Source of the DNA: Dictyostelium discoideum
Taxonomy: Eukaryota
NCBI GenBank assembly: GCA_000004695.1
Contig: CM000151.3
Location: 5,024,001 to 5,088,000 of the forward strand
DNA length: 64,000 bases
Direction: 5' to 3'
Shown here: positions 40,560-54,944 of the stretch, one piece after another
Numbering within the stretch: the stretch's first letter is position 1
Layout: each line of letters opens with the position of its first letter
Notes under the pieces: model-generated
What the model was told of the DNA's origin: nothing
Seen by the model: only the letters and a program-made list of their open reading frames with translations
Database searches by the model: none
Program-made: the position numbers and the translations under genes

Positions 40560-41200
40560 TTTTTAATATTGTTTTTAAAAAATTATTTTAAAAACAACAT
40601 TTGTTTGGTTTTTTTGATACAGCTACAATCGCTAGAGGTTCAATTTCTTTCACATCTGGTTTCTTCTTTACAATTTTTAATTACAAAATGCAATATCTAT
40701 AGTTGAAGGATTTGTTGCTGTTGTTTCATAATAATCACAATCTATATCATTGGCGAACTCTTGAACTTGATTTTCTTTGACTTTTTTATTTTTTAAATCA
40801 CAATAATAAAAAAATCAATTTTATTACCTACAGTTGATACTACTTGTGTATGTAACTCTTTTATTTCTGAAAATGAATCATTGTTTGTGACATCATAAAC
40901 CAAAATTACACCATCAACTCTTAAATATTGTTTTACAAAATCATTAAAATATCTCTTTTGCCCTGGAGGATCATAAACTTTAACTTTAATATCTTTTCCT
41001 GCTAAATTAATTTCACGTGAAACAAAAGTCGGTACTAATAGTGGATACTGGTTGAGTCATCCCTTCTCCTTTAGTATGACAAGCAAATACTGTACATTCA
41101 CCAACAAAAGTATCTCCTAACAGTAAAAGTTTAATTTCTAGTATATTTCTTGAGATACTTTATAATTTGTTAATTATTGATGTGAAGCCTCCAATTTACA
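40560..41200 (-). pseudogene. Rab-like small GTPase, degenerate. Likely a pseudogene or pseudo-GTPase. Approximate bounds.
   Basis: The minus-strand reading gives 'IKLLLLGDTFVGECTVFACH' (P-loop GxxxxGKS degraded to GECT), '...TISTDF', 'KDIKVKVYDPPGQKRYFNDFVKQYLRVDGVILVYDVTNNDSFSEIKELH' (DTAGQ degraded to DPPGQ), 'VGNKID' (NKxD retained), 'ENQVQEFANDIDCDYYETTA' and a C-terminal 'KKPNKCCF*' prenylation-type tail. These lie in at least 3 different frames that switch at A/T homopolymers. There is no in-frame ATG upstream. Confidence 0.4.
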
Positions 41201-41611
41201 AAAAAAAAAATAAAAAATAAAAAATAAAAAATAAAAATAAAAATAGAAAAATAAAAACCAAAGCAAAAAGAAATATTTATTTTTTTGATTTTTTTTGAAA
41301 TTGTATATTTTATTTATTTATTTTGAAATTTGTATCATTTGTTTATTTATTTTTTTATTTATTTTTTTTTATTTTTTTTTATTTTTTATATTTTTTTATT
41401 TTTTTTTGAAATTTGTTTATCATTTTTTTATTATTATTTTTTTTTTTTTTATTTTTTTGAAATGATAACAAAAATAGAAAATTAAAAAAATAAAAATTTA
41501 TTTTTTCACACACCCCAATCCATTTTTCTTAAATATTTTCAATAATAGAAATAAGTTCTTAATTAAAAAAAAAAAAAAAAAAAAAAAAGGAAAATACTAT
41601 AGTATTAAAAA

Positions 41612-43482
41612 ATGAATTATTATTTTAATTTAGAATGTCCACATCATATGGAACAAATTTGTTATTTCTTTTGCTATACATGTAGAACTCAGTATTGTGG
41701 TCATTGTAGTTTTTCCGATAAACATCTAAAGAGTAAAGGACACAAAGTTGCTGATATAAAAGAAGAAGTAGAGAATTATTTTTTATTTTCAGGATACATT
41801 TTAGAAAATAGTAAAAAAATGAAATCAGATATAGAATCAATTCATAATGAAATTAAAAATTCAAATGATCTTATAAGAAAAGAATTATCAGAATTACAAG
41901 AAGAAGTAATAATGAAAATTAATGAAATTTTCAAAAAAAAGTATCAACAAATAAATGAATGTGATAAATCAAATGAAGATATTTTAAAAACATTTTTTGA
42001 AGAAATTGATAAGATTATTTCAAAACTAACTCAATTGAGACAAATGGGAATTAGAACAAATGAACAAGAGATAATTTCACAATTTGGAAATTATTATGAA
42101 GTATTTTCAAAAGAAAATAATTTATTAAAAAATCCTCATTTTTCAAAATGTGAAATTACAAAATTAAATGAAATTGAAATTTTAAATAATCCAATTTCAA
42201 TTGAAATTAAAAATTTTGAATATAAGGAAGAATGTATGTATTTATAAAATTTTAAAAAGTAATGATTTTAATAATAATAATTATAATAATTTATTAACCA
42301 AATTAAAAAAAAAAAAAAGTTTTAATGAAAAAACAATATTTATTATGTAATGAAGAAATTAAAAATGATACTGATATGGTTTTATTAGCAAAGAATGTTG
42401 ATACTTTAAATTTAAAAATCCCACCAGAAACAAAGTCAATTGCATATTTTGATGATAAAATACCATTTAATGGTGAACCAATAAAAAGTACAAAAATCGG
42501 AACTTTAAACTTTTTTTCAAATGCACCATCAATTTCGAAAGATACTATACCAAAAAATAATATTCATACACTTTATTTTTCATTTGGATATAATAAATTA
42601 ATTGAACCTGGTGTTATTCCAGAGAATATTAAGATTATTCATTTTGGTAATATAGAAAATAAGGTTTTAGTAGAAGGTTCAATTCCAAATACTGTAGAAA
42701 CAATTCATTTTCATGGTGAATTTAAATTAAAATTAGAGAAAAACATTATACCAAATAATGTTAAAACACTTCACTTTTATGATGTAAAGAATATTTTAAA
42801 AAAAGGTTCAATTCCAGAATTCGTAAACTCTGTTAATTTACATGACGGTTTTGAAAATGATTTTGATGATTTCCTTTCAAAAGGTTGTTCAATACTTTCA
42901 GTTCATAACATTACATCCCCATTACCAATAATGCATGAAGGAAAGGTTGATACCATCTTTTTCAATGATGGATATGATCACAAGATTGAAAAGAACCATA
43001 TTCCAAAAGGAGTAAAAACAATCCACTTTCATAATATTAATAAGCCATTAATTAAAGGTTCAATTCCAAAATCTGTTGAAACTATTATTTTAGAAAAAGG
43101 ATTTAACCAACCACTACCACCTTTTATAATTCCAAATAACGTAATTCGTATGGAGATTGGCGCAATTCAATCAAAATTAGAAAAAGGATCCTTACCAGAA
43201 TCAGTAGAAAACTTACAATTTAAAAAGGGATTCAACCAAATTATAACTAAAGATTTATTATTAAATAATAATAAATTGATTTCAGTTGAATTTAGTGATA
43301 TATTAAAAAGAATAGATTTAGATTCACTTCCTCCATCATTAAAAGAATTAAAGTTTGTTTCTAATTTTTCACACCCAAAAGATATAAAATATGTAACAGT
43401 ACCCCCAAAATTTGTTAAAGAATTTATAAACTCTGGTGTCCGTCCTGAAGTTATCAATCAATCTTTTTTTAATACATTGTAA
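41612..43482 (+). CDS. B-box zinc finger / coiled-coil / FNIP-repeat protein, 2 exons: 41612..42233 and 42320..43482.
   Basis: B-box 'CPHHMEQICYFFCYTCRTQYCGHCSFSDKH', then coiled-coil. Donor GTATGT at 42234 (phase 1) and acceptor a(14)g at 42318-42319 join the track's two ORFs as '...FEYKEE|F|LMKKQYLL...'. Exon 2 is classic Dictyostelium FNIP repeats ('IPNNVKTLHFYDVKN', 'IPKGVKTIHFHNINKP', 'IPKSVETIILEKGFNQPL', 'LPESVENLQFKKGFNQII'). Confidence 0.7.
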
Positions 43483-44256
43483 TAATAATTTTTGAATTAA
43501 AAAAAAAAAAATAATAAATTAATAAACATAATATTCATTTTATTTTATTTATTTATTTATTTTTTTACAAAAAAGATATGATTGTGTTGAAATTTAAGAT
43601 ATTTTTACCTTTTTTTTTTTTTTGAATCATCCTTGAAATCTAAAAAAAAAAAAAAAATATCTTTAATTTTTTAATGATTAAAATCATTCTAGAAATCTAA
43701 GACTGATGGCTGGTAAATTTTCCCAAAAAAACTAAAAAAAAATTAAAAATAAAAAATAAAAAAAAAATAAAATTAGGTATTTTGGTTTTTTGATTGAAGC
43801 AAATTGAAAACAATTTGGGTCGAAAAACGTTTATTTTTTTTTTATTTTCATTTTAATAATTTCTTTTTTTTTAAAACAAAATCAAATAAATAGTCTTTAA
43901 AAAATGTCACTGATATTAGATATAAATAAAAATCCAATTATTGATAATGAAAACAATCAAGAATCAACAAGAATATTATTTAAAAAAGTTTGGGATAATG
44001 TAGTGATAATTCAAGTAATAATAGAAAACATAAAGATATCTTGGAAGAATTAAAAGATAGTATATTCTGTGCTATAAAAAATAAAATAGAATAAGTTGTT
44101 TAAAACTTTTATTGAAATTAGATCAAGATAATAAATCTTTCTTTTCTGATGATTTGTTAATATTTTATTACAAACAAATAAATACAAATTATTCAATAAA
44201 TCAAGAAATTTCAAATATTTTAAAAATTAATTTTAATATTAATAAAAGAGGAAGAG

Positions 44257-44291
<35 letters not shown>

Positions 44292-44592
44292 AATAGAAGA
44301 AGAAGAAAAAGAAGAAAAAGAAAAAGAAAAAAAAGATGACGAAGATGATGATGTGAATTATGTAGAAGATATATTACTACTAATTCAGATTCTTTTTCTT
44401 TAAATAAATTAATATTAAATTTCTTTTTTTTTTAAACAAAATACACATAATTTAAAATTAACAATTATCTCAATTTATTTATTTTTAAAAAGAGTAGATA
44501 AAAAAAACTAAAAAAAAGTGTATAGATAATACTAGTTAATTTATAAAAAAAAAAAAAAAGCTATTTATTTATTTATTTATTTATTTAAAATT

Positions 44593-46735
<2,143 letters not shown>

Positions 46736-46971
46736 TTAATAGTTTTTGTTTTTATTTATTTATAAATTGAAAAAAAAAAATTAAATGAAAATAGAAAAAA
46801 AAAAAAAAAATTTTTTAAAAGTTTTTTTTTTTTTTTTTTATTTTTTTTTTATTTTTTTTTTCTTTTTGAAAAAGCAATCAATCTATCAAAATAAAATAAA
46901 AAAAAAAAAATAAAAAAATCATTGCTAATAAAAAAAACTTTGGATAATATAAAATAAAATAAAATTAAATA

Positions 46972-47685
46972 ATGGTATTCAGATTTTTAGGTAATAATAA
47001 TAATAATAATAATGAATTACCAGATCAACAATTAATCAATGAAATTGGTTATCTTTCAAATTTTTCAAATGAACAATTAGAACAACTTTTAGATATTATA
47101 TTTGAATTTATGATTATTCAAAAATCTGAACAATTATTAAACCAAATTCAAGAATTTAGCAATGAACATTCAATCAATGAAAATACATTAAAGAATATAA
47201 TTAGAGGATGTATCATTTTCTTTAAATCATCAGCAAAGAATAATTTAACAATTGATCATCTTAGAGAGGACTGTATTCAATTCAAATTGGATGAAGAACA
47301 ATCTAAATTGGTATCAACGAAATATAAACAACATTATATTGAAATCTCTAGATCATTAGTTGGTAACTCTTTAACAATTAATCAAGTTTTAGATATGCAA
47401 TGGAGATTCGGTGTAACAACAAGTTCTTCTGAATTCACAAAATCAAATACAACAGGTTCAACATTTTTACAATTAAAATTAGTTTTAGATAAAGGAAATA
47501 ATATAAAAGAAGATGTTCATATGGGTAAATAATAAAAATAATAATAATAAAAAAAAAAAAAAAAAAAACCAAATAAAGAAACTAATTTATTTAATTTTAT
47601 ATATATAGAATTAACTTTACCTCAATTTTATGAATTTTTAAAAGAAATGCAAAGTGCAAAAGCAAGTTTAGAATATTTTAATTAA
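46972..47685 (+). CDS. COMM domain-containing protein, 2 exons: 46972..47524 and 47609..47685.
   Basis: The C-terminus 'LDMQWRFGVTTSSSEF...TFLQLKLVLDKGNNIKEDVHM|ELTLPQFYEFLKEMQSAKASLEYFN*' matches the COMM-domain pattern across the splice. Donor GTAAAT at 47525 (phase 1); acceptor atatatag at 47607-47608. Confidence 0.7.
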
Positions 47686-48045
47686 TTATTTATAATAAAA
47701 AAAAAAATAAAAAAAAATAATAAAAAAGGAAAGGTTGTAGAATAATAAAATAAAAAAAAAAAAAAAAAAGATTATTTTAATATTAAAATATTTTATATAC
47801 AATTTTATTTTTTGAGAAAGAGAATTAATTACATAAAAAAAAAAATATATAAATATTATTATTGTTATCATTATTATTATTATTTATTATTTTTGTTGTT
47901 GATATTTGAAACAATTGTACAATTGATTATATATTAAATGGTAGTTGAGCGTATTTGGGAAAAAAAAAAAAGAAATTTTAATATTTTTTATATAAAATTA
48001 AAATTTGGAAAATGATTTTTAAAACTATTTCAAGTTTAATTAATA

Positions 48046-48404
48046 TTATTTTAAATGATGATGGTTATGACTATTATTATTATTATTATTATTATTAATA
48101 TTAATTTCATTATCAGTTTCTTTTAATAATTGTAAAACTTGGTCACAATGTTCACATAAATTATTTGAAAGTCTTTCTAAGTATAATTTATAAGTATCTG
48201 TACTAACTAAATCTTTAATTTCAAAAGGTGAAATTAAAACTTGACAATCTTGATCTGGACAAATTATACTCTCCAATGTATCATTTTCAATATTTAATGT
48301 AACATAAGCTGATAAACATTCTTGACAAAAATTATGATTACAATTAAAAATATTTATAAAACTTTAAAAAAAAAAAAAAAAAAATTAATTAATAAATTGT
48401 AAAT

Positions 48405-48460
<56 letters not shown>

Positions 48461-48777
48461 CTTACTCAACATTATAATGATCAGAACTACATAATGTACA
48501 AACTTTAATATTATAAATATGTGGTGAAACTTCATTTTCTATATCCCAAGAGACCAAGTATGAAATTGGATCTTGACCTTGAACATCATTTATATACATT
48601 GGTGGCAATGTTAAACTATAATGAGTACTTATAATTGATTCTTCATAATATAATGGTAATTGTTGAATTATTTTACCACTTTTAGATAAAGATGATGATG
48701 ATGATGATTTTATTTGTTGACGTTGATTTTGTAGTTGTTGTTTTTGTTGTTGTTGTTGTTGTTGTTGTTTAAAACCT

Positions 48778-48809
<32 letters not shown>

Positions 48810-49957
48810 TTTATCATTTACTTCAACAACACCATTATTATCTTGATTATCTTCATTCACTTGATTACCTTGATTATCTTCATTTTCATTATTTTCATTA
48901 TTATCACCATCATTATCATTATCATCATTTTGATGATCATTTTCAAATTGTTTGGTTATAATTGTTGTAGTTGTACGTATTGAATATAAATTTAAGAAAA
49001 ATAAAGATTCTTCTTTTAACCAATTTGCCCAGATTGAAATGATTGGTAAGTTGATATTAGTATTCCAAAGTGTAATTAATTGATTTGATAATGTACACAA
49101 ACAATTTTCACTTAACCAATCACATTCTAATTTGAAAAATTCTAAACTTGAAAGGAGTGGATAATCATCATTATATTTAAAAGTTAAAAAAATTGGTGGT
49201 AATTTTGAAACAGTGCAATAATCTTCAAAATTTTCATTCTCTAATAATTTTGTTGTAAAAGAACTTAATCCAATTCTATCTGCTGGCAAATCGAATGATA
49301 AACATAACTTTTGTTGTTTTTTTTTTAAAAAAGAAAAAAAAAAAAAAAAGTTGATTTGTTTTGTATTGAGTCGAAGGGTGATTTTGTAGTTTTGTGGTTT
49401 CGGATGTTTAAAAAAAAAATAAAAAAAAAAAAAAAATAAAAAAAAATTGTAGTTTGTTGTGTTTGATTGATTGCGTGAGTGGGTGAGTGGTAAAAAAAAA
49501 AAAAGTATGAGTTTTATATTTTTATTTTTAGAATCTAACCACACTTTCCAATTTTTTTTTTTTTTTTTTTTTTTTTTTGTAAAATGATTGATTCGAATTG
49601 AATTTAAAATTAATTAATTTAAAAAAAAAAAATAAAAAGATAAAATATATATTTTTATTTACATACCCTATAACATCTATCAGTGTTTTTTATTATGAGA
49701 AAATTATTTCTATATAATTGTTTTAAAGTATAAATTTCATTTTGTTGTAATGTTTTAATTAAATCGCTTATAATTTTATCTTGAAGTAAAGAATTTTTTC
49801 TACTTCTTGTTTTTATTTCCCCTGGTGATTCATGTTGTAATGGTTGTTGATCATCATAAAATTGTTGATTATTATAATATAATTGTTCATTTATTTGTTT
49901 TTGATTTATTTGAGTATGATTATGATTGTGTTTACCTTTTGATTTATAATGTTCCAT
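48046..49957 (-). CDS. RWD-domain plus RING-type zinc-finger protein (RNF14/RBR-like N-terminal architecture, ending inside an IBR-like Cys/His cluster), 3 exons: 49957..49667, 49307..48466 and 48361..48046 on the minus strand.
   Basis: The exon 1/2 junction 'LQQNEIYTLKQLYRNNFLIIKNTDRCYR|LCLSFDLPADR...KYNDDYPLLSSLEFFKLECDWLSENC' has the RWD fold pattern. The RING reads 'CTLCSSDHYNV|DFINIFNCNHNFCQECLSAY' across intron 2, then 'ICPDQDCQ...CEHCDQ' (IBR-like) with stop at 48046. Donors are GTATGT at 49666 and GTAAGT at 48465 (phase 2). Acceptors are ..caaaag and ..ttaaag. Confidence 0.6.
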
Positions 49958-49977
49958 TTTTTTTTTTTTAATAATTT

Positions 49978-50012
<35 letters not shown>

Positions 50013-50262
50013 ATTAATATTAAAAAATAAATAGATAAATAAATAACTAAATTATAAAAAAAAAATTATTTAAAAATTTTAAATAAATATGAATATATAG
50101 TAAAATTGTATAATTATAAAAATAATAAAAAATTAAAATGAATTATAATGTGCTTAAGTAATAAAAAATATTTTGATTTTTTTTTTTTTTTTTTTTTTTT
50201 TTTATTACAAAAATAAAAAAATAAAAAAAAAAATAATAATAACAATAAAAAAATTAAGTTGG

Positions 50263-50302
<40 letters not shown>

Positions 50303-51374
50303 CATAAAAATTCACATCTTGAGGTGTTTTGCAGAGAGATATAAAAAGATTTTTCAATTTTTTTTTTTTTTTTTTAATCTTTTTTATTTTCAGAGGAGGG
50401 GGTCTTAATATTTTTTTTTTTTCTTTTTTTTTTTTTTTTTCTTTTTTTTTGATTGACAGATTAACATCAATTGAAAGAAAGTACTTTACTATAATTTTTT
50501 TTAATTTATTTTTTTTTTTTTTTTTTTTATTTTTTATTTTCTAAAGAATCCGTTTAATTGAAAAAAATAAAAAAAAAGAAAAATAAAAAAATAAAAAAAT
50601 AAAAAAAATGACCATACACACGTGTGATAGATATCTTTTTTACCTTTTTTGTTTTGTGATACCATAATTAATTTGCCCAAACCGGTTTGGATTTTAAAGT
50701 TAAAAAAAAAAAAAAAAAAAATGAATATAAATTTTTTTAGTAGTGAAAATCAAAAACATATTGGTTGGAAATTTGGATGGAATATGTTTTTTTATTTCTA
50801 ACCATATCGTTTTTGTTTTAATTATTTTACAATAATTATAATCAGAGATTAATTTTTTGTGTTGGATTGAGTGTGTACGAAATATTCTAATATTTGTGAG
50901 TGTTTATATAAAATTCTCAATTTAATCACTAATATATACAAATTTAACAGAGTGTTTCTTTGAGTGGGTGGTTTAATTATTGGATGTGGGTTTTAACAAA
51001 AAACATTTTGGAAAATTTAGGAAAATAAAAAATTTAAATCACAATATATATATTTTTTTTTTTTTTTTTTTTTTTTTAATAATTAAAAGAATTAAGTTCA
51101 TCAATTTTTTAAAAATTCAAATTATAAGAAACCATTTTATTAGGCCACGGTTTTGAGATCTCATACCATTAAAAACAAGGTTATAATTTCCAAAAAAAAA
51201 AAAAAAAAAAAAAAAAATAAAAAAAAAAAAAAAAAATAAAAAACAATTTTTTTTATGTTTCAATTAATTGAAAATCGAATTAAGAGTGTACTGAAAAAAA
51301 AAAAGATTGTAAACATAATTAATAATATTTAAAAGAAAAATAAAATAAAAATGTTTTATTAGAAAATTAATAAT

Positions 51375-51417
<43 letters not shown>

Positions 51418-51840
51418 TGGAATTTGGCTGGAATTAAATCGCCATTTTACTTTTTTGTTATTTGTTAAATCGTAATCGATTTAAAAAGTTGATTGATTTT
51501 TTAAAATCAATTTGATTTAATGTAAAGAGTGTGGGAGATTTATGAGTGGTTAAATAAAAAAAAAAAAAAAAAATTGTTTACAATTTATATTATTTTTTTT
51601 TTTTTTTTAATAATTAAAAACAATAAAAAAATAATAATAATAAAATATTACTTTACAATATTATTATTTTTTAATTATTAAAAACAATAAAATAAAATTA
51701 AAGATAAAAAGAATTAATAAATGTAAAAAAAATAAAATAAAATAAAAAAAATAAAAAATAATTTTGAAAATGAGAGATAGAAACACTTTATTTGATCAAA
51801 AATGATTTTAGAATTGAGAAATTAAAATCAAAAAAATATT

Positions 51841-51987
51841 TTATGGGGTAATTCTATCTTTTGTACGTTGGTAAACACAAACATTACGAATATGTTCTTC
51901 TTTGAGCATCCAAGTAAGGAAACGTTCAACACCTGTTTTTTAAAAATAGAAAATTGAAAATAAAAATATTAATAAAAAAACAATGAA

Positions 51988-52046
<59 letters not shown>

Positions 52047-54052
52047 TAAAATATATATTTACCTAAACCATAACCACCATGTTGAGTAGTACCATATTTA
52101 CGTTGATCAGTGAACCAATAATATTCATCAGTATCAAGACCAGCTTTTTTATAAGCTGCAACCAATTCATTGAAATCTGAAATTCTCATAGAACCACCAA
52201 CGATTTCACCAACACCTGGCATTAAGAGATCAAGAGATTCAGTGAGAGTTCTATCTTCTGGACATCTAGCCATGTAGAAAGCTTTCATTTCAGCAGGGAA
52301 TCTACAGAGGAAGATTGGTTCACCGATTTGATCATTCATTCTTCTTTCTTGAGCCTCTGGAATATCATCACCAAATTCGAAATCGACTTCAGTACCATCT
52401 TCAAGTTTCTTTTGGATACCATTCTTTTTACAATATTCGATAGCATCGGAATAGTTCATTCTCATGAATGGTCTCTTTGGTACTTTAAAGTCTGGATTGA
52501 CAGAGAGGATCAATTCTGGGTCCATTTTGAAGAGTTTTTCACAAACATCGACAACCAAGAATTCGATACGATCTTGAAGTTCCTCGTAGGTGATGAATGG
52601 ACATTCAGCTTCCAAATGTAAAAACTCGGTTAAATGACGACGAGTACGAGCCTTTTCAGCACGATAACTTTGAGTGATGGTGAAATTGTCACCGAGTACT
52701 GGTAACATAGTTTCGAGGTATAATTGTGATGATTGAGTGAGATAGGCTGGTTTACCAAAGTAGTCGACGGTGAAGAGTTCAGAACCACCTTCACAGTAGG
52801 TGTTTACGAGGGTTGGTGGAGTGACTTCCATATAATGATTTTCGAAAAAGTGTTGACGGAATGCAAACAAACATAATGAACGAATCTTCATGATGGATGA
52901 GGCACGAGTACCTCTCATCATGATATGACGTTGGTCGAATAAATGATCGACGTTTGATTCTTGATTGATAACACCCTCTAAATCGGCATTACTTGGTCCT
53001 AATAATTCCCAGTAGTCTGCTTGGAGCTCGACGCCACCTGGACACTTCTTATCGGCTGGTGGAATCACCAAGGTACCAACAATCTTTACAGTGGCTTCAC
53101 GTAATAATTTATCAATGATTGATGGATGAACCAAGTCACCTGATAAAACACATTGAAGGAAACCAGTACCATCACGTAACTCTAAAAATACAATCTTCTT
53201 TTGATTTCTAACATGATGTGCCCATGCATGAACTTCAACACGTTGATTGGCAAATTTTGGTGAACATTCTCTAATCTTTAATCTCTTTGGTGTTGGTAAG
53301 CTTGCATCTTGTTTCAATGTAATTGCTGCTAATTGCTCTTCAATCTTTTTAACTGGTGCAGTGGTTGTTGCTGCTACTTTCTTTTCTTTAGCTTCAACAA
53401 CTTTTGGTCCTAATGTTGTCTCTAATTTTTTATCTAACATTATTTTAACTTCTTTTAAATCTGCCCATTTTAATGATTCTTTTAATGGATTTAATAAATC
53501 ACCAATTGGTATATGCCATCTTTTATTTAAAAATAATCCAATCAAAATAAAAATAAAAAATAAAAATAAAAAATATTGATGTGGTGTGTTAATAATTTTG
53601 TTTTTTTTTTTTTTTTAAAAAAAAATTTTTAATTTATACTTTTTTTCAGAAATTTCAGTAGCTTTTTTAGTGAATAAATCATCAATAGCTTTTTGAATTT
53701 GTTCTGGTGTGATGACAACACCAACACCACAAAAATCGTTAAATGTATCTTGATTGAATTCTTTGTTATCTTTTAAGTATTGAGTTGCAGCTTGGAATTG
53801 AATGGTGGTTTTAATTTTTTCTTCACCAATTGCTTTTGAAACGTTTGAACGAATTGGTGAGTTTACTTGTTGACAAGTTGCTAAACTATATAAAAGGTTA
53901 CCAATTGATTTATCACAACCTTTTGAAACGGATGCTTCTTCAATAATGGTTTTTAATAATGCAGTAAGATCTTTATTTTTTAAAGTATCTTTTGCTCTCT
54001 TTTCATCTAATCCAATTGAAAGGAATAATTTTTGATCTTCTTCTGTTGACAT
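51841..54052 (-). CDS. asnS: Asparaginyl-tRNA synthetase (class IIb, cytoplasmic type) with an N-terminal GlnRS/GatB(YqeY)-type appended domain, 3 exons: 54052..53640, 53519..52063 and 51932..51841 on the minus strand. About 653 aa.
   Basis: The core closely matches eukaryotic AsnRS: 'ITLKQDASLPTPKRLKI', 'FLELRDGTGFLQCVL', 'FTITQSYRAEKARTRRHLTEFLHLEAE' (motif 2), 'GGYGLG|VERFLTWM' (motif 3, split by the last intron, donor GTAAAT at 52062, phase 1). Exon 1 is 'MSTEEDQKLFLSIGLDEKRAKDTLKNKDLTALLKTII...GVGVVITPEQIQ...'. The start of exon 2, '...LKESLKWADLKEVKIMLDKKLETTLGPK', aligns with the yeast GlnRS N-terminal domain ('ELTQLFSQVGFEDKKVKEIVKNKKVS...LKELKWADPRSFKPIIDQEVLKLLGPK'). Donor GTATAA at 53639 (phase 2); acceptor aaataaaag at 53521-53520. 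Confidence 0.85.
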
Positions 54053-54944
54053 TTCTTTTAATGTATATATAAAAGTATTTATATTAAAAAAAAATAAAAA
54101 AATAAAAATAAAAAAAGAAAAAAAAAAATTTTTTTTTTGAGATATCGGCTGAAAAAAAAAAAATAAAAAAAAAAATAAAAAAAAAAAAAATAAAAAAATG
54201 AAAAAAAAAAAAATGAAAAAAAAATTAATTATTTTTTGATTTTTTTCCCAATTTCCAAATTCAAACATTGTTATTACCAAAATAGAAAAAAAAAATAAGG
54301 ATTTAAATTTTTTTTACTAAAAAAAAAAAAAATTTACAATAATTTTATCAAAAAATAAAAAAATTAAATAAATAAATAAATAAAATTAAAAAAAATTAAA
54401 ATTATATATTAAAAAGAATCTTCATTTTTTTTATTCATTTTATCTTTCTTTTTTTTTTTTAATTCTTTTTTATTTTTACAAAAACTTAATTATTAATTTT
54501 TAATATTAGTTCATATTATAAAAATGCAGAGATCTAAATTCACAAAATAAAATAAAATTAAAAAAAAATTCATATATCCATGCTTTTTTTAATAAAAAAA
54601 AAATAAAAAAAAAATTCAAAAAAAAAATGGTTACTTTAATTTTTTTTTTTTTTTTTTCTATATTTTATGATTTTATTTTTGAGTTTTCTATTTATACTAA
54701 ACTCATATTAAAAATAAATAAATTAAAAAATTGTTAAAAAAAAAGAAAATTGAAAAGAAAAAAAAAATGAAAAAAAGTGGTCCATTTCCAAAAAATAAGG
54801 ATTGTGGATACACAAAAAAAAACTTTTTATCAAAAAATGGATAAAAGTAAAACACTAAAATAAAGGAAAAGTTAAAGAATGAAAAAAAAAAAAAAAAAAA
54901 ATTTTTTTACTCTACACATTACATTTTTATTTATTAATATAAAT

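Noticed and set aside
44112-44339. 75-aa Arg/Lys-rich ORF (RGRGRRRRRG...).
   Set aside because: It is a frame artefact of a (GAA/AGA)n purine repeat at 44250-44330. At most it is part of the decayed FNIP-like remnant noted in findings.
43904-44400. Candidate gene starting 'MSLILDINKNPIIDNENNQESTRILFKKVWDNVV...'.
   Set aside because: The frame breaks after about 49 codons with several stops. It is probably a decayed FNIP-family fragment, and I did not annotate it as a functional CDS.
52328-53579. Plus-strand ORFs 52328..52621 and 53247..53579 opposite the AsnRS gene.
   Set aside because: They are antisense to a strongly conserved aminoacyl-tRNA synthetase CDS and show no independent homology.
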